A DNA stretch of 64,000 nucleotides from Candidatus Latescibacterota bacterium. GTDB taxonomy: Bacteria > Latescibacterota > UBA2968 > UBA8231. Made by a program: the position numbers and the translations under genes. The stretch lies in contig CBDCXV010000001.1 of NCBI GenBank assembly GCA_965223905.1, forward strand, positions 1,504,001 through 1,568,000, given 5' to 3'. The notes under the pieces were generated by a model. It worked only from the letters and a program-made list of their open reading frames with translations. It had not been told where the DNA came from and ran no database searches. Positions 29,229-39,470 of the stretch are shown here, in pieces; within the stretch, counting starts at the first letter, position 1; each line of letters begins with the position of its first letter.

Positions 29229-31169
29229 TCACCGGCTTCCGACCTGGCCATCGATACCCGAGCCCCACGGCAGCGCGTATGTGGGCCGGTTCGCGAACCG
29301 GCGCAGGCCGCACAGCATCCGCAGGCTGGTCGACGGCGGCAGGATGACCTTGAGATGGGACCCTTCCACGCTGATGGAGTGCCTCTTCCAGGAACGTTTG
29401 TTGCGCAGCCAGATGCCGGCGTGGCGCTCCAGGCCCTCGCGGTCCTCTTCCTCATAGGTCGCCGCGGTGAAATGGTGCTCGCCAAAGGCCCCCGCCTGAA
29501 CGATCAGAGTCCGCGTTCGCGAGGCGCTCAGGTTCACCAACTCGATACCGACGCGATCGGCCCCGATTTCGTCCACCAGCGCCGCCACATCCTGAGGCAG
29601 CCCCGGGCGGCGGCGCTCGTGGTCGAAATAGCGCACCAGTCCCCGCAGCAGACCGCCGTTGTAGACCGGTTGCGGCGAGCCCATCGTAACCTGGGTGAGA
29701 CCCTTGACGACCACCGGGTTGGGCGGCCATCTGCTCTCTTCGATGATGGTGGCTTCGTCGCGCCCGTCCAGGCGCATATTCTCGAACATGGCGGAGACGA
29801 AGCGGTACTCCGCTTGCAGCCGTTTGACCGGCCAGTCGGGGTTGGCGCCCTCGTAGTACTGGAAGCGAGCCTCGAGGTTGCCGCTGCTGCGATCGGCGGC
29901 ACTCTCAACCTCGTTCCAGTCACTATCCCGCTCCCCGTCGCGCAGCCGCAGGATCATCTCGCGGTCGCGAGGGTCCATGGAGGTGTGGTAGAGCCTGCCA
30001 AGCCACTGCAGATCCATCGCTTTGTAGTCCACCCAACCTTCCCCCGGCATCACCCGGGCAGGCACGAGCAGCTGGCCGTCCTGGCGCCTCTTCGCCATGC
30101 GCAGCAAAAGCTCGATTTGAGACCGGATCAGCTCCAGATAGCCAAAATCACCCGTCAGCAGCACGCAGCATTCGGAAGCGATGGTCGCGGCGAGAAAGGC
30201 GTTGCGCGCCGAGTTGCGGCTGTTCCAGCCGTACCAGCCGCCCCACCATTGGCCGCCGCGGCGTTCGCCGACGATGCCCGACGGTCCGACGTTGTCGGGG
30301 ATGATGCCGTTGTTGGCGCGGGTGTGTTCCAGCCATGCCTCGGTGTAGTCGAGCACCCACTGCCGATAGCGCTCATCAGCAGTGTAGAGGTAGGCATTCG
30401 TCATCAACGCCGTGCAGGCCAGGTTGTCGGGGATGTCCGCCCGCAGGACTACTTCGTCGAAGAGACGGCAGATCTCCTCGCGCCGGCTGTCCTCCTCGAA
30501 CCAATCGTCCTCCAGGTCCGGCACCAGCGGATGGAGGTTCGACCTCTGGGCGTGACCGCGGGCGACGCCCCCGGGGTAGTAGGCCGGGTCCAGGGCGCGC
30601 TTGACGAATTCGGGCTCGGCGTGGAATTGGGGCCCCATGCTGCCGTGAAACGGGGACCGGATCACTCTGTGTTCGACGTCGTAGTTGGGCACTTCCGGAT
30701 CGTCTCCCAGGTACAGGTCGGCAAACCGCCGGGCGCGATCGACGTTTTCGCCACGCGCCGGGTCGACGAGCCCCAGGGAGTAGAAGGACTGGTTGCCCTC
30801 GCCCATGTGGAACCAGTCGCTCTGCTTGAAATATTCATCATGCAGCTCGGCCAGGTATTTCGGGTGTGCGCCCGCTCCGTGCGGAGCGGTGGCTCCATCG
30901 TCGTAGAGGCGTGTGATGCCGTTCCACTGGGCGAGGGCAAGCTTCCCAATGCGGTCGCTGCCGCCGAGTGCATAGAACAGTCCCCGGTAGGAATGGGCTT
31001 CGTAGGCGTCGTCCGCGTCCTGTACGTTCAGAGGGGTGCCGTCCGGCCTGTCGTACTTCCGCGCCGCGTACTCCGTAGCCTCCCCCATGAAATCGATCAA
31101 TTGACGTTGAATCAGCGCCCAGGAGGGGAGGGGATGCAGGTTGCGCGCCAACACAGCAGGGCCGGTCAT
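29229..31169 (-). CDS. Conserved hypothetical protein, probable (alpha/alpha) toroid, cytoplasmic
   Basis: Long ORF with host codon usage; DDAYE, DWFHMGEG, IIPDNVG, WWGGWYGW, RRPGLPQDVAALV, QAGAFGEH. Confidence 0.8.
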   Translation of the reverse strand: MTGPAVLARNLHPLPSWALIQRQLIDFMGEATEYAARKYDRPDGTPLNVQDADDAYEAHSYRGLFYALGGSDRIGKLALAQWNGITRLYDDGATAPHGAGAHPKYLAELHDEYFKQSDWFHMGEGNQSFYSLGLVDPARGENVDRARRFADLYLGDDPEVPNYDVEHRVIRSPFHGSMGPQFHAEPEFVKRALDPAYYPGGVARGHAQRSNLHPLVPDLEDDWFEEDSRREEICRLFDEVVLRADIPDNLACTALMTNAYLYTADERYRQWVLDYTEAWLEHTRANNGIIPDNVGPSGIVGERRGGQWWGGWYGWNSRNSARNAFLAATIASECCVLLTGDFGYLELIRSQIELLLRMAKRRQDGQLLVPARVMPGEGWVDYKAMDLQWLGRLYHTSMDPRDREMILRLRDGERDSDWNEVESAADRSSGNLEARFQYYEGANPDWPVKRLQAEYRFVSAMFENMRLDGRDEATIIEESRWPPNPVVVKGLTQVTMGSPQPVYNGGLLRGLVRYFDHERRRPGLPQDVAALVDEIGADRVGIELVNLSASRTRTLIVQAGAFGEHHFTAATYEEEDREGLERHAGIWLRNKRSWKRHSISVEGSHLKVILPPSTSLRMLCGLRRFANRPTYALPWGSGIDGQVGSR

Positions 31170-31377
31170 TGCTGTTCCACCGTCATCGAGCGCTCCGGTT
31201 CGCAGACCGACAAGAGCTGCGAAACCCGACTACTGTCGTTGAAAATGTCTGGCCGCCGGTGGGGGTGCCTCCCGGTTTGCAACTCTTCCGGCGCGTCCGC
31301 GTGAGGCTGGCCGGAGGTTGGAGTGTCCGACGCCGACGTTGGCGTCGATCGGGACCGTTTGAAACTGATTTCCCCGG

Positions 31378-31915
31378 TCAATTGCACTTCCCGCAGTTTT
31401 GACCGCCCTGATGCGGTTGTCGGTGTGTCGGTGATCCGGGGAGGCGGACTGAGCGACGGAACCGGTGTAGCGCCCGCGCCTGAAACAGCGCATTGCGCAT
31501 CGCCGCATTGCGCATCGCCGCGGGCTGTTCCAGATTGTTCGGCCTTCACCAGCCGGAAACCCCGGTCCCGGGACAGGCCTCGCCGTGCCACCAACCCCAT
31601 CCGTCAACAACGATGTCGATTTTCTTGGAACCCTTCGTGGTTGTCGACCGCATCAATAGCAGGGGTCACAGCGCCGTCGACGTCCACGGCTTTTCGCCAA
31701 TAGCGCGCAGGATCGGCGGGGGCATTCCGCTCCGCCGGTGCGGAAATAACATAGCGGTGAGGGGACAGCAGGTCGATCAGTTCAAGCCGCTCGCCCGGTG
31801 CGGCCATCAGGCGGGCGTGCAGCAAGCCGGGGTTCACCAGGCGGTGAAAATGCCCCCTGGAAAGCCAGGCTCCCCCGTGCCGTCGACGGTCGAGATCGTC
31901 CCGTCCGGGGTCAAA
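31378..31915 (-). pseudogene. Decayed NHL-repeat gene remnant
   Basis: Fragments in different frames: LTPDGTISTVDGTGEPGFPGG (~31855-31915), VDNH..RKID (~31615-31655), ITDT/DNRIRAVK (~31395-31436). Confidence 0.45.
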
Positions 31916-31938
31916 GTGGTCCGAAAAAACGCTTCGGT

Positions 31939-34230
31939 ATGAAGACGAAACTTCCCCTGGTCACCCTCCTGGCGGCAGTGTGCCTCCTTCTCGATCCTCC
32001 TGCGATAGCGGCCGACGAAGGTGAGATGCCCGGGTGGTTCGGCGCACCCGTGGAGCGCGACCGGCAGACGACCTTGATCGCCCGTTTCGACGATTCAGAG
32101 AGCAGCGATGCCGACTACGCGCGGGCGGACGGGCGCTCCAACGGTCTGTGGTTCGACGCCTCCGTGGCGGGCAAACACGGTGGTGGAGTCGAGGTCGATG
32201 CGGGCCAGTCGCAGCTGCATTTCTCCGCCAAGGGCAACATGTGCCCGGACCGTGGCACCTTGCAGTTCTGGGTGCGCGCCAGGCAGGGTGGGAATATCTG
32301 GAACGACGGCAAGGAGCATTGGTTCGTCTCGGCTCGCGCCATCGACAACGATCTGCAGCTGTACAAGCATTCCGACAACACACTCCGTCTGGTCTGGGGC
32401 CGGCGGCCGTACCGGGGCACGGACAACGTGATCGGTTCGGTGGAGATTCCGGTCGACGACCTGAAGGCTGAGGAGTGGCATCACCTGGCGGTCTCGTGGG
32501 ACTCCGATGGCGCCCGGATGTGGCTTGCCGTAAACGGTAAATGGCGCAGCACCCGCCTGGAGAGCGCCATGGACGTCGACGAGTTCTACATCCTTTTCCT
32601 GGGCGCCTCTCACGATGGCGGCTGGGACAAAAAGGATGCGAGCATCGCTTTTTCCACGGCAGGAGCAACGCTGGACGAGCTCAAAATCAGCGACATCACC
32701 ATGCCGGAGATGATGCGGCTGCGCAACGCCGAGACCTACCTGCCCGAAGACCTGGCCTTGAGGCTCGAAGACGCCGTGTCCAGGCATCTGGATTTCATGG
32801 CCCGGTATCAGCACAACGGAGCCTGGAGCGCGCCGGCCTATTCATGGCCGACGATGATACCGTGCGAGACCAGCTACCGCCCGTTTGCCCACGCGGGCCG
32901 CTGGGTGAATTTGGTCCACGGCGCCAACGGCACCCCCGGTCTGGGTCAGCTGTACCTGCTGGCCTACAGAGTCCTCCGCGACCGGCGCTACCTCGAGGTC
33001 GCGGAAAAGGCCGGCGAATGGGTGGTCGCTGCCCAGGAGCCGGAAGGCTACTGGTTCTTCCGCTACGATCGCCACGGGGCCAGCAGCCCCACGGTGAAGG
33101 GGGACGCCAGGCGCTCGGCCTTTCACGACGGTCTGCAGCACATTCCCGCGTTGCTTCTCGCCGCGATCTTCGAGGAAACGGGAGAGGAAAAATGGCTGCA
33201 GGCATTCAAGCGCTCGTCCGAGTTTCTGGTGGGGGCGCAGAACCCGAACGGGAGCTGGTCCCACAACTGGGACGTGGCCGGCAAACGCGGCGTCAACCGC
33301 TTCGACGAGTGGCAGGCGGGCGACTTCAGCAACGGCATCATGCACTCGCAGATGACGGTCATGCTGGTGGCCTACGAAATCACCAGAGAGAAGAAATACC
33401 TCGATTCACTGGTACGAGCGGCCGACTGGATCGTCGAAGCCCAGCTGGGGCCTCCCACTTACGGCTGGGCGGCGCATTACGACGAGAACAACGAACCGAC
33501 ATGGGGGCGCGTCTTCGAACCGCCGTCGATGTCGGGTGTGGGCGCCCAGGATCTGCTGCTCTCCATGTACGACATGTCCGGTGACAGGAGGTATCTCGAG
33601 CCTGTCGCAAAATTTGCCAAGTGGGAGCGGGAGCACTCGACGGTCGCGCTGAGATTCGCCGACGGGACAGGGAAGCAGGGGCGTTCCCAGTATTACGACC
33701 ACCGGACAGGCCGGCCGATTCGGTCGAACAACAGGACCATCGTTCATCTGGACGACCCCGAAGAGCGCGCCGCGATGTTGCTCGATCTCATGGCCAATCC
33801 CCAAGGGCTCTCCGACCGGGAATTTCGCTGGGTGGGCAGGCCCGATCCTGACGTTACGTCGAAAAAGATGGCCGCCAGGCAGGGCGGGGCCAGGCCGGAA
33901 CCTCAGGCCCGGACCCGGTCCGAGATGATCGCGTCGATACGGGAGTTGGAGAAGGAGGCCGAAGAGATGCTGGCCGATCAGAACGAGTACGGGGTCTGGC
34001 CACGCGTGGATGATCGCATCGCCACGATCGGAGAGAAGGTGATGCTGTTCGAGCACAACATCAGCGCGATGTTCACGCTCCTGCAGCAATCGCAGATCGT
34101 TTCGGGGGAGTTGGAAGGACAGGTCTGGGATTACCCTTCGATCCTGCCATACTACCACGGACTTCCTCTGTTGCAGTACCGCAACTGGCGTGAGGCGGCG
34201 ACAAGGGCGTTGATGTCGCCCGCGCAATAA
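31939..34230 (+). CDS. Secreted LamG/ConA-like domain + PL10 (pectic acid lyase)-like protein
   Basis: Signal peptide; GTLQFWV, EWHHLAVSWD, LDELKISD; AQNPNGSW; GWAAHYDENNEPTWGRVFEPPS. Confidence 0.78.
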   Translation: MKTKLPLVTLLAAVCLLLDPPAIAADEGEMPGWFGAPVERDRQTTLIARFDDSESSDADYARADGRSNGLWFDASVAGKHGGGVEVDAGQSQLHFSAKGNMCPDRGTLQFWVRARQGGNIWNDGKEHWFVSARAIDNDLQLYKHSDNTLRLVWGRRPYRGTDNVIGSVEIPVDDLKAEEWHHLAVSWDSDGARMWLAVNGKWRSTRLESAMDVDEFYILFLGASHDGGWDKKDASIAFSTAGATLDELKISDITMPEMMRLRNAETYLPEDLALRLEDAVSRHLDFMARYQHNGAWSAPAYSWPTMIPCETSYRPFAHAGRWVNLVHGANGTPGLGQLYLLAYRVLRDRRYLEVAEKAGEWVVAAQEPEGYWFFRYDRHGASSPTVKGDARRSAFHDGLQHIPALLLAAIFEETGEEKWLQAFKRSSEFLVGAQNPNGSWSHNWDVAGKRGVNRFDEWQAGDFSNGIMHSQMTVMLVAYEITREKKYLDSLVRAADWIVEAQLGPPTYGWAAHYDENNEPTWGRVFEPPSMSGVGAQDLLLSMYDMSGDRRYLEPVAKFAKWEREHSTVALRFADGTGKQGRSQYYDHRTGRPIRSNNRTIVHLDDPEERAAMLLDLMANPQGLSDREFRWVGRPDPDVTSKKMAARQGGARPEPQARTRSEMIASIRELEKEAEEMLADQNEYGVWPRVDDRIATIGEKVMLFEHNISAMFTLLQQSQIVSGELEGQVWDYPSILPYYHGLPLLQYRNWREAATRALMSPAQ

Positions 34231-34307
34231 GGACTCTCATCCCTCTCTGTCACTTTTTCTGTACCGACGTGCCTTACGGTGGCGATTAAGTCGAGGGCGG
34301 GGGGCCT

Positions 34308-36203
34308 TCAGAAGCCGACCTTCATCAGAAGTGGGGCATTGAGCGCCCACGAGCGCCCCAGTTCCTGGAACCGCTCATCGCGTTTCTTCCCGAGCTCGAG
34401 GTGCCTCTGTTGCGCCGCCGGATCTCCCCGCTGCGACTCTTCCCTGGCGAGTATGTAATCGCGACTGAGGGGAACGTAGTCGAGGCCCGTACGCAGAAAC
34501 TGTATGCGTTCCGCGATCGCGTCATCCCCGGCCGCCCGGTCTTCGGCCTCCTCTAGGAGAGCTAGCAGTTCGTCGATCAGGTCATCGGTGTAGAACTCGG
34601 CAAGTACACCCGAATCCACCTCCCACACCTCGAAGGCCCGCCGGGCAGCGATCTGCGTCGTTACCTGCTCGAGCCGGTCGAAATAGCGGCGGATCTCGGC
34701 GCCCGCGGGTCCGAACCCGGCCTTGCAGTACTCGTCGATGATCTCGTCGACGTCCCTGTAGGGGTCCCACAACAGTCTCGCCAGGACGTAGTAGTTGAGA
34801 CCGTTCGTGGACCAGAAGTGTTCGAGACAGTCGTAGTCCGTGAACAGCAGCCCATGATCGGCAAAGAAGCGCAGGTCCGCGGCCAGGCGATGGGCGTAGA
34901 CGGTCGGGAAATTGTAGAGCGCCCGCAGGGAGTTCGGCCTGAGGAAGAGCTGCTCTGCCGACTGCGACCACCCGTACCAGGTGCCGCGCATCTCCTCGCG
35001 CAGATCGTCGTTCTGGTAGACCTTGGGCAGCGGCGCGATACCGATGATGACATTCGGATGCAATTTGGCGCGCACGGGCGCCGGGTAGTAGGACTCGTAG
35101 GCGTAGGCCCCCAGGTGGCGGTCCGGAAATTCGCGCGCCACAATCCTGGCGACGGCTGAATAGAACCGCACGTACCGGTCCGTGAGCGCGGGGATCTCTT
35201 TGGGCCTGCCGCCTTCCCAGATCGATATGGTCTCGGCGTCGGGCTCGTCCCAGGCCCTGCACCGGTCGCACAGGCAATGAGTAGTGCCGCTGGCGTCGTT
35301 GGGCGAGATCGATTCGCAATCCATAGTCGGATGTTGCCTCAGCGTTTCGATCGCCTGCCGGGCCACGTGCGCAATCAGCTCCGGGTTCGAGACACACAGG
35401 CGGGCGTTGGTTCCGCCGCCGCGCTCGGGGCTGTTGTCGCGCGAGCCGTCCGGCTGCAGGGCGAACCAATCGGGATGGTCTTTGTGATACCTCTCCCAGT
35501 AGCGGCTGAAGGCGTGCCCGTAGTTGCCGCGGTAACTGCCTCCGAGGCGATGAAACCGGAACCAGGGCGCCGCCTCGGCCCGGTAGTCGAAGTCCTCCCG
35601 TCGCCATCCCAGCTCCTCGATGTACTGCCCCAGCCACTCGTTGATCTGGAGGTTGCGTATTCTGCGCTGGAGCAGCGGCGGTTTGTGGCGAATGGCCACG
35701 TCACCGACGGCCACCGTGGTCCTCGTCGGGACGGCTGCTCCGAGCTCTCCCGGCCACAGGAACTTTACACCCAGGATCTCATCGACGAAGGTGTTCACCG
35801 CTGCCAGCGTTCCCCGGAGCTGCAACCCGTCCGGCCGTTCATCGTCGCCGAGGATGACGAGGGCTCGGGGGAACGCCTGGATTACGAATTCCTCGATCGC
35901 CAATGCACCGGAATCCACTCCGAGAGCCCTCGTCCGCTCCGAATCACCCACGAGGATGAGCACCTCCTCCGTTGCCTCCGGCACCTCGCTTTCGCTGATG
36001 ATTTCGATGGTCGCGCCGCTCGATTTCCGCAGCCACATCCGCAGGTCGGCGGCGCCCTCTCGCGCCGCTTCCGTAGGACGGTCGGCAATGACGATGGTCG
36101 ACGTCGGCTCACCGTTGCTAATCAGAACGACCGCCCCGGCCTTCGGGATGGCCAGCGCGCTCAATTGGAGTATGACGGCGACGGCGATGAAGGTTTTTCT
36201 CAT
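34308..36203 (-). CDS. DUF4838-family secreted protein
   Basis: Start MRKTF behind AGGAG; GVKFLWPGELG, HPDWFALQPDG, LCVSNPEL, SISPND, CLCDRC, GLNYYVLARLLWDP. Confidence 0.88.
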   Translation of the reverse strand: MRKTFIAVAVILQLSALAIPKAGAVVLISNGEPTSTIVIADRPTEAAREGAADLRMWLRKSSGATIEIISESEVPEATEEVLILVGDSERTRALGVDSGALAIEEFVIQAFPRALVILGDDERPDGLQLRGTLAAVNTFVDEILGVKFLWPGELGAAVPTRTTVAVGDVAIRHKPPLLQRRIRNLQINEWLGQYIEELGWRREDFDYRAEAAPWFRFHRLGGSYRGNYGHAFSRYWERYHKDHPDWFALQPDGSRDNSPERGGGTNARLCVSNPELIAHVARQAIETLRQHPTMDCESISPNDASGTTHCLCDRCRAWDEPDAETISIWEGGRPKEIPALTDRYVRFYSAVARIVAREFPDRHLGAYAYESYYPAPVRAKLHPNVIIGIAPLPKVYQNDDLREEMRGTWYGWSQSAEQLFLRPNSLRALYNFPTVYAHRLAADLRFFADHGLLFTDYDCLEHFWSTNGLNYYVLARLLWDPYRDVDEIIDEYCKAGFGPAGAEIRRYFDRLEQVTTQIAARRAFEVWEVDSGVLAEFYTDDLIDELLALLEEAEDRAAGDDAIAERIQFLRTGLDYVPLSRDYILAREESQRGDPAAQQRHLELGKKRDERFQELGRSWALNAPLLMKVGF

Positions 36204-36312
36204 CCAGATTCTCCTGCGATGCTTGGCGGGCGTTGCCTGCGCAAGCCGTATTCCTGCCATACGACCTCTCAGTGCGAATCGCTCACCTTGATGAATGCCT
36301 GCCCGGGGATGC

Positions 36313-37737
36313 ATGATGAAACGGAAAAGATCGATCGTCCGCTCCTGTTTCGTTCTGACCATGGTACTCTCGTTCCCCGTGTGTGGTCAGGCAAGCGACC
36401 TCGTGAAGAAAGTCATCTCCTTCAGCGGCACCCCCAACGCACGTGTGTTTCACGAGAACGTGGAAGAGATGGAAAGGCTCATGCCCGTCGTCGACGGCGT
36501 CACCATCTACCCGGTGACCGACAAGGGCGGCGTGACTACCGAAGCACTCGGCCGCCTGTTCCGCGCCGACTTTCATCGCCTCGAAGATTTCGACACCGGT
36601 ATAGATCTCATGAGGACCGCCAGTACCCGTCTTTACAGGGACAACTTCCTGCTCGTCTACCTGACTTCCGGCGTCCACAGCCTGGAAATCCCGGACTGGC
36701 TCGACCCCGAATTCGAGGCCGTCGTCAATAACTGGATGGTGGCCGCCGAGTACTGCAAGCTCGCCGGCATGCGGGGACTTCTCTTCGACAACGAAGCGTA
36801 CTACGGTACGAATCTGTGGACCTACCAGAACCTGAAGCACAAAAACAGTACGACGGCCGACGAGTACCGCGACCTGGTGTTCGAACGCGGCGCCCAGATC
36901 ATGCGCGCCATCAACACCGTCTACCCGGACATCGCGATTCTCTGCCTCTACGGACCGACACAGGCGTCGCTGAGCGGGGGCCGGCGCGCCTACAATCGTT
37001 TCGAGATGATGCGCGCTTTCTTCGACGGCCTCCTGTCGGAATGCACCGGCGCCGCCGCCATTATCGATGGCTCCGAGCGGACGTACGGATACAGGGATGC
37101 GAGCCAGTTCGAAAGAGCGGCCGGTACGTTCAGGGATGCGCGCAGACACAGCCGGGTGCCGGAAAAGTTCGACCGTCATGCCCAGGTCGCCTTCCCGGTT
37201 TTTCTCGGCTCGGCGGGTTTTTCCTCTGAAGATTTCGGGCGCAACAACTACTCGCCCGAAGAGCTGACAGCCGCGCTGCGCGGCGCCCTCGAACACACCG
37301 ACCAATACGTCTGGATCTACACGGAGAATGTCAGCCTCTGGGATCGCCCTGGCTTGGCGTTTCTTCCAGACGAATACCGCGATGCCATGCTTGCGGCGCA
37401 CGACCCGGCACGCAATGCGCCCACCTCCGTGGCACAGTCCTCGCCGAGCGTGCTACCTGGGAAGAATGTGTTGGAGCAGAACTTCCCCAACCCGTTCAAC
37501 GGCACAACCATCTTCCGCTTCTCTCTGCCCAGGCCCGGAAAGGTCGAGTTGGCCGTCTACGACCTGGCCGGCAGGAAGGTGGCCACGCTGGCGGACATGG
37601 CGCTTCCTGGCGGCTCCCATTCCGTCCGCTGGAACGGGCTTGATGCCAGTGGACGCGAACTCGCCACCGGTCCTTACCTGTATCGACTGCGGGTGGGAGA
37701 ATGGCAGGAAACCCGGAAGCTGCTGCTGGTGCGCTGA
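36313..37737 (+). CDS. Secreted TIM-barrel (GH-like) protein with C-terminal FlgD/T9SS-like domain
   Basis: GLLFDNEAY, IIDGSE, YVWIYTE; QNFPNPFNG...WNGLDASGRELATGPYLYRL...RKLLLVR. Confidence 0.8.
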   Translation: MMKRKRSIVRSCFVLTMVLSFPVCGQASDLVKKVISFSGTPNARVFHENVEEMERLMPVVDGVTIYPVTDKGGVTTEALGRLFRADFHRLEDFDTGIDLMRTASTRLYRDNFLLVYLTSGVHSLEIPDWLDPEFEAVVNNWMVAAEYCKLAGMRGLLFDNEAYYGTNLWTYQNLKHKNSTTADEYRDLVFERGAQIMRAINTVYPDIAILCLYGPTQASLSGGRRAYNRFEMMRAFFDGLLSECTGAAAIIDGSERTYGYRDASQFERAAGTFRDARRHSRVPEKFDRHAQVAFPVFLGSAGFSSEDFGRNNYSPEELTAALRGALEHTDQYVWIYTENVSLWDRPGLAFLPDEYRDAMLAAHDPARNAPTSVAQSSPSVLPGKNVLEQNFPNPFNGTTIFRFSLPRPGKVELAVYDLAGRKVATLADMALPGGSHSVRWNGLDASGRELATGPYLYRLRVGEWQETRKLLLVR

Positions 37738-37847
37738 GTGCAGCCGCCGGGCGTCATGTTCAGGGAGGTGACACGACCGTCCCTTGCGAACAGTCTCTCC
37801 AAAGGCGGCCGCCCTGCTCATCGCCGACTGGCCCGAGCAACCGCGGC

Positions 37848-39035
37848 TCAGCGTGAAAGATCTCCGCAAAAAACCTGGCGAGCGGGTTTGCAAGGAATCC
37901 AGGGATGGTAGATGGCGAAGAAGAGGCCTCCATCTCCCGACCGGCAGAAAATCTCCATCGCACGCCGCATGATGCGCTCTTCGCTGATGAATGGCACGTC
38001 GAGCTCCCGTACGCTCCAGTGGGCGAGGTTCAACTCCCTGTAGCCCACCATCTTCATCGAATCCACCATGTGCGGTCCCAATGCCGGATCCAGCCTCTCC
38101 GTCGATGTCGCAGGCAGGAAGAGGACGACTTGTTGCTGTCGCCCGCTGTACAGATGGAAGGACAGGTAACGATCCCAGAGGCCGGTGTAGTAGGCCGCGG
38201 GCATGGCCAGGACGAGAACGGCGACGAGGGCCGCCAACCCCTGTAACCGCCCTCCCTGGAGGAAGGCTTCGCGCCAGCGGACGGGAGGGCCCCGGAAGAA
38301 GAGGGACAGCGCGATGAGGAGCATGCAGATGTTCCAAGGCCAGACGACGACGTTGGCGTGTTCCCTGGGTGCAATCAGCAGGAGGATGATCAGATGCATC
38401 GAGCAGGCCAGGATGGCGGCCCGGTTGCGGGTTCGATTGAAGCAGAGTCCCAGTGCGATTCCCAGCTCTATCCAGGGGATCAACCGCCCGCAAAGGAGAA
38501 CGGCCTCGCGAAGGCCCCCCTCGAGGGTTCCGATAACCGGCGCCAGGAGATACCCCTCGTAGAGATTGGCAAAACCGGAGCCCATGAAGTCCAACTTGTG
38601 GACCCCTCCCCAGAACAGTACCCCGACCACGACCATCCTCTGGATGTGAAGGAGCACCGGGTGCCCGGCAGCGGCCGACAGGGAAACCGCCAGGGGCAGC
38701 GTCATGAGGAGATAGAAGTAGAACCAGGGTTGCCACCGCATCTGATCGAGGAACAGCAGGACCGCACCGAGGGCCAGGAACAGGATCGGGAAAGCCCGGC
38801 GCAGGGGTTTTGCCGCGATGCCCGCCGCCGCGGCGAGCAGGGCAAGAACGAGGACGATGTCGGTGGGATAGGGCGGCTGCGGGACGCCGTCGACGACGGG
38901 GAAATGGGGGAAATGCCTCGACGTCACCCAGAGCTTCCAGGAGATCAGGACCCCCAGGATGGCGCCGCAAGCGACAACTCGCTGGGTGAACAGGACCCGT
39001 GATAGGTGGCCTGCTTTTGCCTCCTCGTGGATCAT
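37848..39035 (-). CDS. HTTM/DoxX-like multi-pass membrane protein
   Basis: LDQMRWQPWFY, WGGVHKL, PWIELGIALGL, MHLII, VWPWN, WDRYLSFHLYSG. Confidence 0.75.
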   Translation of the reverse strand: MIHEEAKAGHLSRVLFTQRVVACGAILGVLISWKLWVTSRHFPHFPVVDGVPQPPYPTDIVLVLALLAAAAGIAAKPLRRAFPILFLALGAVLLFLDQMRWQPWFYFYLLMTLPLAVSLSAAAGHPVLLHIQRMVVVGVLFWGGVHKLDFMGSGFANLYEGYLLAPVIGTLEGGLREAVLLCGRLIPWIELGIALGLCFNRTRNRAAILACSMHLIILLLIAPREHANVVVWPWNICMLLIALSLFFRGPPVRWREAFLQGGRLQGLAALVAVLVLAMPAAYYTGLWDRYLSFHLYSGRQQQVVLFLPATSTERLDPALGPHMVDSMKMVGYRELNLAHWSVRELDVPFISEERIMRRAMEIFCRSGDGGLFFAIYHPWIPCKPARQVFCGDLSR

Positions 39036-39470
39036 CGATACACCGGGAACCTGTCCGAGTATCCCGTCCTGGCTGCCTGCACGGCGGCAGCCAGGCGGCC
39101 GTCTGTCAAAGCGAACACCCGGGCAGGCTCGCTTCAACGATCCCGGCGAAGCCCGGGGTTGGCCACTCCCGAAAGGTCCAGTCGTTCCCGGCATGTTCTG
39201 GAATCCGTATCGCCGGCACGGTACCTTTCTGCAAAGAAACAAATTTAACCGCTACGATAGCGAAGCAGCCTGCCAAAATTAAGAAAGCCAAGGGTTGCGC
39301 CGGTGAAAGCCGCCCGGGGAGCAGCCCGGCGGCGTCCCGGACATCCTCCGCAGGATGCCGGCGATACGGATGCGGCTGACTGTCCACCTCGTTGGCGGCC
39401 CCTGCTGTTCCCGCGGCGTCCGCAGCGCGGCTACCGGGTTCGTGCCCCGGCCCGAGAAAGGGAGCAAGTC

